DNA from: Octopus bimaculoides
Lineage: Eukaryota
Direction: 5' to 3'
DNA: 32,515 bases
Assembly (NCBI RefSeq): GCF_001194135.2
Contig: NC_068986.1
Location: 90,646,512 to 90,679,026, forward strand
The position numbers and the translations under genes are program-made. Shown here one piece after another: positions 20,214-31,403 of the stretch. Numbering within the stretch: position 1 is the first letter of the stretch; each line of letters starts with the position of its first letter. The notes below the pieces were generated by a model, which saw only the letters and a list, made by a program, of their open reading frames with translations, was not told where the DNA came from and ran no database searches.

Positions 20214-20939
20214 TGAGGGAGGAAAAGAGAAGAGAAACGTAATAACCATTATAAAGAAATTTGTATCAACCTGCCTCTGTCCTTTACTGTTTAAAGCTTG
20301 CTGGAACGAAAAAGGTGATTGAAAATTATTATTCTTGTAAACTATAGTAAAAGCTATAAAACTATTACATACACGTCACGTGTGATTCCAATTATCAATT
20401 ATATATATATATATAGATAGATAGATAGAATCAACACAGTGCCTTCTCTTTTTATATGTATACATGTATATATATATATNNNNNNNNNNNNNNNNNNNNN
20501 NNNNNNNNNNNNNNNNNNNNNNNNNNNNNNNNNNNNNNNNNNNNNNNNNNNNNNNNNNNNNNNNNNNNNNNNNNNNNNNNNNNNNNNNNNNNNNNNNNNN
20601 NNNNNNNNNNNNNNNNNNNNNNNNNNNNNNNNNNNNNNNNNNNNNNNNNNNNNNNNNNNNNNNNNNNNNNNNNNNNNNNNNNNNNNNNNNNNNNNNNNNN
20701 NNNNNNNNNNNNNNNNNNNNNNNNNNNNNNNNNNNNNNNNNNNNNNNNNNNNNNNNNNNNNNNNNNNNNNNNNNNNNNNNNNNNNNNNNNNNNNNNNNNN
20801 NNNNNNNNNNNNNNNNNNNNNNNNNNNNNNNNNNNNNNNNNNNNNNNNNNNNNNNNNNNNNNNNNNNNNNNNNNNNNNNNNNNNNNNNNNNNNNNNNNNN
20901 NNNNNNNNNNNNNNNNNNNNNNNNTATATATATATATAC

Positions 20940-21125
20940 TTGTTTCAGTCATTGGACTGCAGCCATGCTGGGGCACTACCTTGAAGAATGTAACCGAACA
21001 AATCAACCCCAATACTTTTTTAATGCTATTCAATCCGATCCCTTTGCCCGACCGCTAAGTTACGGGGATGTAAACACACTAACACACGTTGTCAAGTGTT
21101 GGTGGAGGACAAATACAACACAAAA
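20940..21125 (-). mobile_element. SINE 3' body fragment
   Basis: Homologous to 2710-2880; the minus-strand end gactgaaacaagta is followed by (TA)n. Confidence 0.7.
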
Positions 21126-21169
21126 ACAACAACACATACAGATGCATATGCATATACATAGCTATATCG

Positions 21170-21548
21170 TTCGTCCGTCGTTGTGGACGATGACCAAGGA
21201 TATCAGATGGGAGAAAAATACAGGATTCGGTGTGTCCAGCTGTGGCCGATCAATCCGACGTGTGCTCGGACGCTTCTGCTGCAAGTCGGGTACGGGTGCT
21301 CAACAGGGACTGACGGTGAGTAGTGGGCTCCGGGCTTGAGTTTTCGCGTTTTCTTTGTACCCTTGCGAACCTGTTCTCGTTGGAGGTGGCCCCTCTGTTG
21401 ATGCAGCTTTGCCAGGCAGGACGGTCTTGCATTTGTGCTTCCCAAGTGTCGGAGTTCATTTCAAAGCTCTTCAATGTGACTTCAAATGTGTCCTTGAAGC
21501 ACTTTGTCCACCTTGCATACCCTTGCTTACTGCCAATTCGCTGTCTCT
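21170..21548 (-). mobile_element. RTE LINE 3' end with terminal C2H2 finger
   Basis: KCFKDTFEVTLKSFEMNSDTWEAQMQDRPAWQSCINRGA and PTCSRSVRAHVGLIGHSWTH. Confidence 0.85.
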
Positions 21549-21549
21549 C

Positions 21550-21659
21550 GTATGTATGTATGTATGTATGTATGTATGTATGTATGTATGTATGTATGTA
21601 TGTATGCATGCATGCATGTATGTATGTATGTATGTGTGTGTATACCTCTCCAAGAGATA

Positions 21660-21693
<34 letters not shown>

Positions 21694-21720
21694 CAAACAT
21701 ACATGCATGCATACATACCT
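21550..21720. repeat. (TATG)n/(CATA)n microsatellite
   Basis: Direct reading of the sequence. Confidence 0.95.
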
Positions 21721-21890
21721 GTAATTATTGGGGTACTTGGATCTGTAACACACTACCTAAATACCAATTTTGAGAAATTAGGCTTCTCAAAACCAGAAAG
21801 GAGAATGCTGATTCAAAGACTACAGATTTAAACCATCACTGGAACTGTAAAAGTCTGTAAAACTCTCCAGAAGTTTATCATTTAATTATA
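21720..21890 (+). mobile_element. R4/Dong-like LINE 3' end
   Basis: PVIIGVLGSVTHYLNTNFEKLGFSKPERRMLIQRLQI*TITGTVKVCKTLQKFII*, the RLE C-terminal IIIGxLG motif. Confidence 0.8.
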
Positions 21891-22014
21891 TATGTCTAGA
21901 CATGCAACTATATGCATGAGAATACATACATAAAACAAAACATACAAATCTGCACATACACATACATACAAGCATACAAATCTGCACATACACATACATA
22001 CAAGCATACAATCA

Positions 22015-22048
<34 letters not shown>

Positions 22049-22099
22049 GTAGCTGCTTTCTCGTATATGTGCAAAGCCATTGCTAGAAAGAATCATTGA

Positions 22100-22290
22100 A
22101 ATGAATCATTGATGATACAATGTGAGGCCCTTGTATTACTCTTTAGCCCGGCCAAAGATTTGCACATTCTATTGCATAATGCGCAAGTGTGCTGACTGGC
22201 AGAGAGAACATTGCCACAGTATGGAGTCTTTTGACATGCTCAATGATGTGAGAATGAAGAGCATTCGTTTTGGCACAAAACATACGTACA
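22100..22290 (-). mobile_element. RTE-like 3' fragment with C2H2 finger remnant
   Basis: HTCALCNRMCKSLAGLKSNTR, similar to the fingers at 30262-30443. Confidence 0.5.
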
Positions 22291-22599
22291 TACATAAGAT
22301 AGGTATATTTTATATATTTATGTTTTAATTTTTCAATATTTTCGGAAGAAATGAATACCAAATACGAATAGCACCAGGAACAATGACAAGTAATATATCA
22401 GAAATACGTCTTGATAAAACTAGGTTTACGTTTTCAACGTGTTACTTGTGTCAGTTTCAGCTGTTTATTGCGGACTATAATTTTGGACAGTTTATACAAT
22501 ATTATATAAACAGCTGTTGTTTTAGGTGCTTCAGCAGTCATTTAGAATTATAAGCTAAGTTAAATATGCTGTTAACAACGCAATAATTTTTCTCTTTTT

Positions 22600-23480
22600 G
22601 TTATTTGGCAAGTTCAGAAAGATTTTGTCTTCTTGGTAATGAGAGATATTGTATTTTGCATCCAAAGCTCAATAAAGAACTCAGTAGAAAAATGTAATAC
22701 TAGAGAGCATTGTTCGGGAGTTATTGTAAGGGGCAGTGGGCTTGTCGCTTTGAAGCGACTGAGACTGGCTCTGTATTTGATGTATATCGCTGAGAGCAAG
22801 AGAAACGGAGGAAGATAGTTTTGGAAGAGAATTGCCAAAAGTGTGTGAGTGAAAGTAGAAGCAATGCAAGAAGCAGTTGCGAAGATTTTATCGTAGGAGT
22901 GCTGTTTAGAGATCCACCATAGTTGAGAAATGGAAAGAAGGAAGATAAATTTAGTAAAGACACTTTCGACAAACTACAAGGAATAACTATAGTCGGTGAG
23001 ACTGGAGGATCTGCAGACTGTATGATGAACAGAAACTTGCTTTGCAATTTGGATGTAGGCATGCAGGGATTGCAGTGTTGCATTAAAGCCGTCAAGTTTG
23101 TAGAGGTGGGTAATTTTCTCCAAGCGTTTAACGCTCTGTCCTATTCCTTGAATCAAGTGGATCATCCATAGCTGCAATGCAACCTTGAATGAAGAACTTA
23201 GAGATCTAGCAGTCATGAGTTTGGTTGTATGATGGATGTAGAGAGATATACTTAAGAGGATGATTTCATTCACACTGGAAGCTGTCTCTGATGTGTCACA
23301 AAGGAAGCACATGCATTGCAAGAATTAGCATAATACAAGTGGATCTCCAACAAGTGAGCTGATTTGAAGTACTACAGTGTTTCAGAGGTGGTGAGGAAGT
23401 GTCGTATGAAGTTGTAATGTGGTTTGTGGAAAGGCAGTGGTTTGATGGTTCCTTAAATAGAGGAACAGTTTGGTGATTAT
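22600..23480 (-). mobile_element. CR1/L2-group LINE endonuclease-RT linker fragment, degenerate
   Basis: CFLCDTSETASSVNEIILLSISLYIHH followed by a degenerate PWF..C..A motif resembles the CR1/L2 linker; many stops. Confidence 0.5.
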
Positions 23481-23496
23481 AATTACTGTATACCAT

Positions 23497-24122
23497 TCGC
23501 CTCCTCCCCTTCCTCCTCCCATCCTATCCTCCTCTTCCCCTTCCTCCTCCTCCTCCTTCTCCCTCCTCCTTCTCCCTCCTCCTTCTCCCTTCCTCCTTCT
23601 CCCCTCCTCCCCTCCTCCTCCTTCTCCCCTNNNNNNNNNNNNNNNNNNNNNNNNNNNNNNNNNNNNNNNNNNNNNNNNNNNNNNNNNNNNNNNNNNNNNN
23701 NNNNNNNNNNNNNNNNNNNNNNNNNNNNNNNNNNNNNNNNNNNNNNNNNNNNNNNNNNNNNNNNNNNNNNNNNNNNNNNNNNNNNNNNNNNNNNNNNNNN
23801 NNNNNNNNNNNNNNNNNNNNNNNNNNNNNNNNNNNNNNNNNNNNNNNNNNNNNNNNNNNNNNNNNNNNNNNNNNNNNNNNNNNNNNNNNNNNNNNNNNNN
23901 NNNNNNNNNNNNNNNNNNNNNNNNNNNNNNNNNNNNNNNNNNNNNNNNNNNNNNNNNNNNNNNNNNNNNNNNNNNNNNNNNNNNNCCTCCTCCTTCTCCC
24001 CTCCTCCCCTCCTCTTCCTTCCTCTTCTCTTCCTCTCTTCCCTTCCTCCCATCATCATCTTTTCTTCCCCTTTTTCCTCCCCTTCTCTTTCTCCCCATCC
24101 TCCATTCCTCCTTCCCCCCCCT
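23497..24122. repeat. (CCT)n-rich homopyrimidine/homopurine tract spanning a gap
   Basis: Almost exclusively C/T on the + strand on both sides of N 23631-23985. Confidence 0.9.
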
Positions 24123-25337
24123 CCAGCCTGAAGGAATGGAATTTAGTGGGGGGAGGACTGCAAATGAACAGTATACCAGAAACGACACGAGGAATTCGAA
24201 GTATACTTTGATGTTTGTGAAAATCTCTGTTTCTGCAAAGGTATAAATGGCTTGCTTGTAGCTATTGGTATTAATCATGACCCAAAAGAAAGGCGACTTT
24301 TCATAGACAGCTCAGCAAGAAGCTTCAAAACAGTTTTAATGAAAAATGGAAATCAAGATCCATTTCTGCCGATTACTTACGCTGTACAGGTGAAGGAAGT
24401 ATATGAAATGTCGAAAAGCTTCTTCAGAAAATAAACTATGAGGACTAAAAGTGGGATGTCTGTGGTGATTTTAAGAAGCTTGTCTTCTTGCTTAGATTGC
24501 AGGGTAGATACACAAAATATTCGTGGTTTCCATGGGACAGCGGAGCTAATCATGAACATTACCGGAAAGTTGAATGGTCCCTACGAAATGACATGAAGCC
24601 GGGAAAGCAAAATGTTATAAGACAACCTCTTGCAGAGGACAACACTGAGATCAGAGAATAAAGACAATACTAAGACCAGAAAAACTTGAAAAGACAATGA
24701 GAGATGTCGAAAGAGAGCCATGGTGTGCATATCGTGACATAGTTCATAGTTTCCGAGGTAACAACAAAGAACCCAACAGCAAGCAGTAAGCGGTAAAGCT
24801 TATTGAGAGTTTTAAGAACTTAGGTTGTCGAATGTCCTTAAAGGTGCACAGTTTACATTCACGTTTAGACTTCTCTCCTGCAAACTTAAGCCAGGTCAGT
24901 GAGGAGCATGGGGAGAGATTCCAACAGGATATTGCTGCAATGGAGAAGAGATGCCAAGGAAGAGAGGACACTGCTATGATGGGAGATTGTATATGGTTAC
25001 TTGCCCGTAAAAATAAAGGAGTTCACAGTAGGACAATACGATCTTTAATGCATTTCTAGTGTAATCTCATCATATGTCTACTTTTTCCTGTTTAGCTTAA
25101 AGTGAGATGCAAAAAATGATTACAAAAATGTTACTTGATATATATATTGTCACACAATGTGAATAAGGTCAATAAAGCACTACCACAAGAAAGTTTTTTT
25201 GTTCCAATACAAAACAATGATTATCTTTTAAAATATTGATGGGAGGCAAGATCTAAGGGTATTTTTGAAATCAGGAAAAGAAAAACACCAAGAAACATTG
25301 AAAAAATTTAGAAAAACAAAAATGGTGTTACATAGTG
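24120..25337 (+). mobile_element. Chapaev3-like (CMC superfamily) DNA transposon, 3' part, internally deleted
   Basis: RLFIDSSARSFKTVLMKNGN, WDVCGDFK, LGCRMSLKVHSLHSRLDFSPANLSQVSEEHGERFQQDIAAMEKRCQG...GDCIW. Probable terminus ...CATAGTG (25337) followed by TAA, consistent with a TWA target site. Confidence 0.8.
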
Positions 25338-25463
25338 TAATCAATGTAGATATGTCTGTATATATAGGTAGATATTTATGAGCTGGGGAGGGAATGCATG
25401 GATATTTATGGACAATTATCTGTGCCTGATTACGCATCCCTCCAAGAAACTTAACATAAGGAA

Positions 25464-25467
<4 letters not shown>

Positions 25468-25494
<27 letters not shown>

Positions 25495-25534
25495 CATACA
25501 TACATACATACATACATACATACATACATACATA
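25468..25534. repeat. (CATA)n microsatellite
   Basis: Direct reading of the sequence. Confidence 0.95.
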
Positions 25535-25629
25535 CTCGAGGCGACAAGTCGCGTATTTGGCGTGGGAGACTATTTATCGAAAATACGAAGTATACTATCT
25601 CTCAACTTTGAAACCACAACACTCAACTT

Positions 25630-26980
25630 TGTTTCATAACTGGTTAATCTTCAACTGAATTAATTGAGTGAGTCTTTTATTCACGATCGTAGTGATTTTC
25701 GACTGAAACCTGTATTTACCATGCAAAAGGTTCCTACAAGCAACATGGCTGGACACGACAACATCAAAAAACACAACCGCAGAACAGAACGAAAACAACA
25801 GCTCAACAGGTAAACAATTATCACTGATAGAATACAGTACCGCAGAGGTATTTTCCAAGGGGGTAGCCTCTCTGTGATGTTGTTTATACTCTCTGTAAAC
25901 CCCTTGTCATTCATGTCAAGTTTGAAGGATATCTCACTGGTTCACAGGGAAACAAAAATACCAAAATTAGACACTGTTTCTTTGTGGATGACTTGAATAT
26001 GCATGAGATGTGCATGTGGGTGCCAAGAATATGCATGAGATGAAAAAGTGCTTTGACCGGGTTACAACATTCTCAAAGCATATAGGGTTGGAGTTTGGTC
26101 AGGATAAATGTTGATATATGGTTGTGAAAAGAAGGAAAAGAGAGAAAAACGTAAATCAGACTAGTAACATTTCCATCAATAGCTGCTTCCTCTGTATCAG
26201 ATGAGGAATGTTACAGGTGTCTAGGGATTGATGAAAACATATCTTACGATGGCATCTGTAACAAGACACGTGTCACTAAAGAATATTACAGCCGAATGAA
26301 GAAAATATGGACCTCGGAACTCTCTGTACTCAATAAAACAATGGTTTACAATGTGTTTGCAGTGCCAGTACTCATACCAACATTTGGACTTGATTGGACG
26401 CTTGATGAGATCCGAGCCATTGTGGAAACCCGGAAGATACTAACCAGCACACACAATCTCCACATCAACGGTGACATAGACCGCCTCTACCTAGAACGAA
26501 AATAAGGGAGGAAAGGCTTAACATCGATCTAGACTGCCTTTGAATATCGTATCATATTCCTTCGGCAACACCTTTTAACTACTAAGTGTTGAAGTGCATC
26601 ACTTGACCAAGTTTGCATACATGAAGCTGATAACATCCTAAAATTTGAAAAGCAGCTCTTGGAGCAGCGTTCCTTATCTGATAACCTTAAATACATTCCC
26701 AAAGAAGTCGCACGGCTTTACCGCAACGTATTATCTGATGAAAGGACGAGTGTAAATCCGCAGAAGACCATGCATCGATATGTTAGCGGAAAGCCCCAGG
26801 ATGATAGTAACATTTATCATAAAAGCAGTCTATCATGGACCAACAACCGGATTACTAATTCCCACTCTAAGAGGTATGAGTTTACAACACAGGAACAGAA
26901 AGTATCAACCAAATATCTGGTACACAAAAAGGACAGAGACGCAGGAAAAGCAGCAAAATGTGATAACTGATGCAGACTTT
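25630..26980 (+). mobile_element. R4/Dong-like LINE RT and post-RT fragment
   Basis: GIFQG(D)SLSVMLFILSVNPLSFM; LFFVDDL (~25975-25996); GLEFGQDKC; TRKILTSTHNLHINGDIDRLYLERK; ends at the start of the CCHC knuckle. Confidence 0.9.
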
Positions 26981-26995
26981 TGATAACTGATGCAG

Positions 26996-27600
26996 TATTT
27001 TGAAGCTGATCTTTCCAAAGATTGTTTTTTTTTTTTGCTTAGTGGGCATAGTTCTGCTTTCAGGGGTTTATTATTCCGCATACAAGAAGTCGCTCATAAT
27101 GCTAAATTCGAGGCCCTTAAACATTATATATCTTTGTCTTTCTTTTTCCTTGGCATTCGGTTCTGTCTTGTATTTGTATTGTTGTTGCTAGTCCTTTTGC
27201 TTCTCTATTCATTAAATTCTATATTCAGAGATTATCGTTTTTGTAAAATTTTCTTACGTAGTTACTGGGCTTTTTGGTGGCTGTCTTAATTTTTTACATA
27301 TGGGAATTTTTGTCTTTTTCAGACACTTTTAGTGATTTTAACATGCGTTTTGTTTTGGGGGTTTATTTTTATATAGTTTTAAATATAATCCTCCTTGCCT
27401 CCTTGTCAGGAAGGCGAAGTGAGCTTCGAATTTGTCTAAATCCTTGTGATCCGAGTTTCAGGTCATGCTTGTCTTCAATTTGTATGTTGTTGTTATGCTT
27501 CTCATAGTGGCAAGCTTCCAGTTTTTTATTACGACTATGACTTTATAGATGAGGTGTTTCATATTTATACGCGGTAATCACATTCGGTTAAAATGGCTTA
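26996..27600 (-). mobile_element. R4/Dong-like ORF N-terminal fragment in opposite orientation
   Basis: RKKILQKR*SLNIEFNE resembles the R4/Dong N-terminal RR.ILKN..LS..E.EEI motif; weak similarity to 14000-14200. Confidence 0.45.
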
Positions 27601-27904
27601 TTGATGTGCTTTGTTTCTCTTTTTCCGCTGACAAGATAATTGCATTGTTTTACATTATTTTATTCCCACCGGAATGATATCAATGTTTTCTTCGAAACAT
27701 ATGTCGGAAGTATAAAGATTTGAATAACACCTGCGTTTAACTCCGTTTCTTAATTTATCTCTGTTAGACAAAAGCATTTCACTTAAACCTGGAATTTCTA
27801 CTTTTATAAGTAGGCTGTAACATCCTTGCCACTAATGTAAATTTTTGCTACCCTGATAACTGTTTATTTCCGTATTATTAGTACGCATTGAAAAAATACA
27901 CATA

Positions 27905-27908
27905 CATT

Positions 27909-27980
<72 letters not shown>
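27905..27980. repeat. (TA)n(TG)n microsatellite
   Basis: Direct reading of the sequence. Confidence 0.95.
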
Positions 27981-28477
27981 CTTTTTATATAGATTATTTG
28001 TATTTAAAACTTATTTTATATATATTTTTAAATGACATACCTTTTGCATTTTTTATTTTTTATTTATTTATATATATGTATGTATTATGAATATCCATTT
28101 ATTCATATATATGTGTGTGTGTATTATGAATATCTCCAAACTGTTGCTACAGTGTCCTTCTAAATGAAGGAAACTTTAAATTAAACCTGCGGTTGGTGTG
28201 ATTACTGGTCATCTGGCTTAGGCTTGTCACCAGACAATAATCATTGAAAGTGGTGCTCGAGTAGTACAAGTGTTTGCCACAATAATCCAGTGATGTACAG
28301 ATGTCTCTTTTGTGTTCTTTTCATCTGTCATTTTTACAGATGAAAGTTCTATGGCAATAGAGGAGTGGCGATGTGTGCAGACCTGACCAGTTGGAAGAAT
28401 ATAGCTTCAAATCTAGACATAGACGGCAGGGGTCTTATCATAACATCGTTGTTATTTCTTCTTGTGATAGGGACTAA

Positions 28478-30525
28478 CTGCGGTGGCCATCAACCGGTTA
28501 AACACAAGTAAGGCACCTGGATCAGATGGAATTCCTGTAGAACTGTTAAAGGCTGGTAATAAGAACATAACACCAACAATATTTCATCTCATCAAAAAGT
28601 GGTGGGATGGAGTTCCTATACCACAAGACTGGATAGATGGTGTCTTGGTGACTTTGTTTAATGGCAAGGGGAATAAAGGAGTCTGCGATCACTACCGCGA
28701 TATCACCCTGTTGGAGTCTGTAGGCAAAGTTCTTGCTAGATTATTGTTGAACAGGTTGATGGAGGACATTTGTCCTACAGTAATCCCTGAATCACAAAGT
28801 GGCTTTAGATCTGGCAAAGGGGCGATTGATATGATCTTCTCTACAAGGCAGATTCGGGAGAAATGTATTGAGCTGCGGGTTCCTCTGTATCAGGTTTTTG
28901 TTGATTTGATAAAAGCCTTTGATACTGTGAACAGAGGTGCACTGTGAAAAATATTTGGGAAAATAGGGTGCCCACCAAAATTTATTGATATGCTCGTTCG
29001 ACTGCACAGAAATATGAAGGCTTGGGTTGTCTTGAATGGAAAATTGTCCAATGAAATCCCAGTTGGTAATGGCGTGAAGGGAGACATAACCAGGGAGATA
29101 TCCTGGTTCCCACACTGTTCTCAATATTTTTTGCTGTGATGCTAACTCATGCATTCCAGGACTGTGCAAAGGGCATTCTATTGCAAATTAGAACCACAGG
29201 AAGGATCTTTGACCCAAGAAGGTTCAATTTCAAATCCAAGATGTTCCAAATATTAATTAGAGAACTCTTGTATGCAGACGATGTTGACTTTTTGACTCAC
29301 TCTCAGAATGACATGCAACATATCATGGATTGAGTGCAGCGTCTTGTAATGCCTTTGGCATGAAAATTAATTTAAAAAAGACTAAGGTAATGTTCACCCC
29401 ATCACCAGGAGAAGCATATATCGAGCCAAATATAATGATGCATAGATCTAGGTTGGGTGTAGTTGACACTTTTGTTTACCAGGGCAGTACATTATCAAAG
29501 GATGGTTCACTGGATGTAGAAATACACCTGCGCATTCAGAAGGCCTCTGCAGCATTTGGAAAACTCGAAAACAGAGTGTGGGCAGATAATGGCATCAATA
29601 TCAAGACCAAGATTAGCGTGCACAAGGCTTGCATGTTAAGTGCTCTGTTGTACTCTTCGGAAACGTTGACAGTACATCGTAAGCAGCTTAATTTGCTTGA
29701 ACACTTTAACCAAAAGTGTTTGAGAAGAATCCTAAACATCGAATGGCAACAGAAATTACCTGACACACAAATCCTTATAGATGCTGGCTGCACGAGCATT
29801 GAATCTACCATCATATCCTCTCAAATGCTTTGGGTAGGCCATGTTGTGTTCATAAATGAGGAAAGACTCCCCAAAACAACTATTTTGCAGTCAATTGCAC
29901 ACTGGGAAACGATCTCAGCACAAACCAAGAAAAAAATATAAAGGATTCCATAAAAAACAACCTTAAAGATCTTCAGTTTGTAGATTAGAACTGAGAAGTG
30001 CTTGCTTTAAAGAGAAGTAAATGGGGAGATTATGTGAAGGAAGGTTGCAGAATGTTTGAAGAGAGACGTCTTGATCATGAAAACCTTAAACGCCAACTTC
30101 GAAAAGGCCACACTATGAACAACAATAAGAACATAGTGAGCTGGATTTGTGAGGTGTGTGGCCGTTTACTGCTCTCTAAATTTGGGTACATCACTCATTT
30201 TAAATCACATAAAAAGCCAAATGTACGCAGCTCTATCCCTCCAATGTTAGGTGAGACAACATGTGTGGTATGCAAAAAGATCTGCAAATCAACATCTGGT
30301 CTAAAAAAAGATATGTGGGTACACAAGGATGACATCCCACGTGCTCACCCAATAAATCCAATAGAGGGCACATTTTTGTCTGTCACGTTTGCTCCAGACC
30401 GTACAAATCTAATGCTGGACTTAAAAGCCAACTAAGGAGTCATGGGCGGACGTTTGGAGCTGATGATGGTTGGTTGGTGGGGATACATGGGAAGACGGCA
30501 TTCATCTGCAAAGATGAAGTAATCA
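28478..30525 (+). mobile_element. RTE-clade LINE, 5'-truncated, RT plus C-terminal triple C2H2 zinc finger, inactive
   Basis: KAPGSDGIPVELLK, YRDITLL, QSGFRSG, FVDLIKAFDTVNR, LLYADD (YADD 29271-29282), KINLKKTKVM; fingers at 30148-30210, 30262-30324 and 30381-30443; several stops and frameshifts; followed by (ATGT)n/(TG)n. Confidence 0.95.
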
Positions 30526-30570
30526 CCATGTATGTATGTATATATGTATGTATGTGTGTATGTATGTGTG

Positions 30571-30615
<45 letters not shown>
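30526..30615. repeat. (ATGT)n/(TG)n microsatellite
   Basis: Direct reading of the sequence. Confidence 0.9.
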
Positions 30616-30618
<3 letters not shown>

Positions 30619-31174
30619 TTTAGCAAAAAACATGACCGTAAAGTAATATATGAATTCCTCCTAAAAACAATGATAGATATCTTCAGTACACATGACACCA
30701 GAAGTACGCGCATAAGTACTGAAAAAATATGCATGGAATGTGAGGAATTTTAAAGAGAATCTTAAGGGAAAGATGCTCGAGGAACATCGCCGTGGTTCAC
30801 AGGATAAACAGTCCAAATTCTTTGAATCGCCATCAGTTACACAAGGTATGTGACCTTTTGGTAGACAACATATTGCATTAAAAAGTGGAATGTAGAAATG
30901 CTCGTGGCCTGTATTCGACATGGCAAAAATAGTCACATAGTGAAGTGTATGAGGTTACTAGTTTTAGATGTAGTGACCATTAGCGAGATCAAAATTTCTG
31001 AGACGCTCTCGCTCGCCGATTGAGAGGCTTATGTCTTTATCGGTCATTCCAATGATAGTTTTTTTTCTAGAAGCCCTGTACCCAGATGACCGGAATGTTA
31101 TCTTAGACGATGAGTGCAGGAACTGTATGAGAGTATCTGACAGTAGAAATGATTTAACCCGCTCTGGTATTTCT

Positions 31175-31403
31175 TATTTCTTTATTGCCCACAAAGGGCT
31201 AAACATAGAGGGGACAAACAAGAACAGACAAAGGGATTAAGTCGATTACATTGACCCCAGTGCGTAACTGGTACTTAATTTATCGACCCCGAAAGGATGA
31301 AAGGCAAAGTCGACCTCGGCGGAATTTGAACTCAGAACGTAACGGCAGACGAAATACCGCTAAGCATTTCGCCCGGCGTACTAACGCTTCTGCCAGTTCG
31401 CCG
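31175..31403 (-). mobile_element. full-length tRNA-derived SINE with target-site duplication
   Basis: Head gcggcgaactggcagaagcgttag, B box gagttcaaattcc, central gcctttcatcctttcggggtcgataaattaagtaccag, tail aataaagaaataag. TSD ctctggtatttct (31162-31174) / ctctgatatttct (31404-31416). Confidence 0.92.

Noticed and set aside
4820-24278. Long ORFs in the track made of X runs and HT/CV/YI/MYVC repeats
   Set aside because: They arise from N gaps and microsatellites lacking stops; not coding.
14984-26760. CTGATGA matches at ~14986 and ~26735
   Set aside because: Both lie inside R4-like coding remnants with no GAAAC or stems.
28310-28385. VIFTDESSM, Tc1 first-D-like motif preceded by an acceptor-like tract
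   Set aside because: Short isolated match with a stop soon after; no TIR or other motifs found.
30720-30855. Plus-strand open segment ending in AAG|GTATGT (WNVRNFKENLKGKMLEEHRR...)
   Set aside because: No convincing acceptor, no homology recognised and no partner exon.
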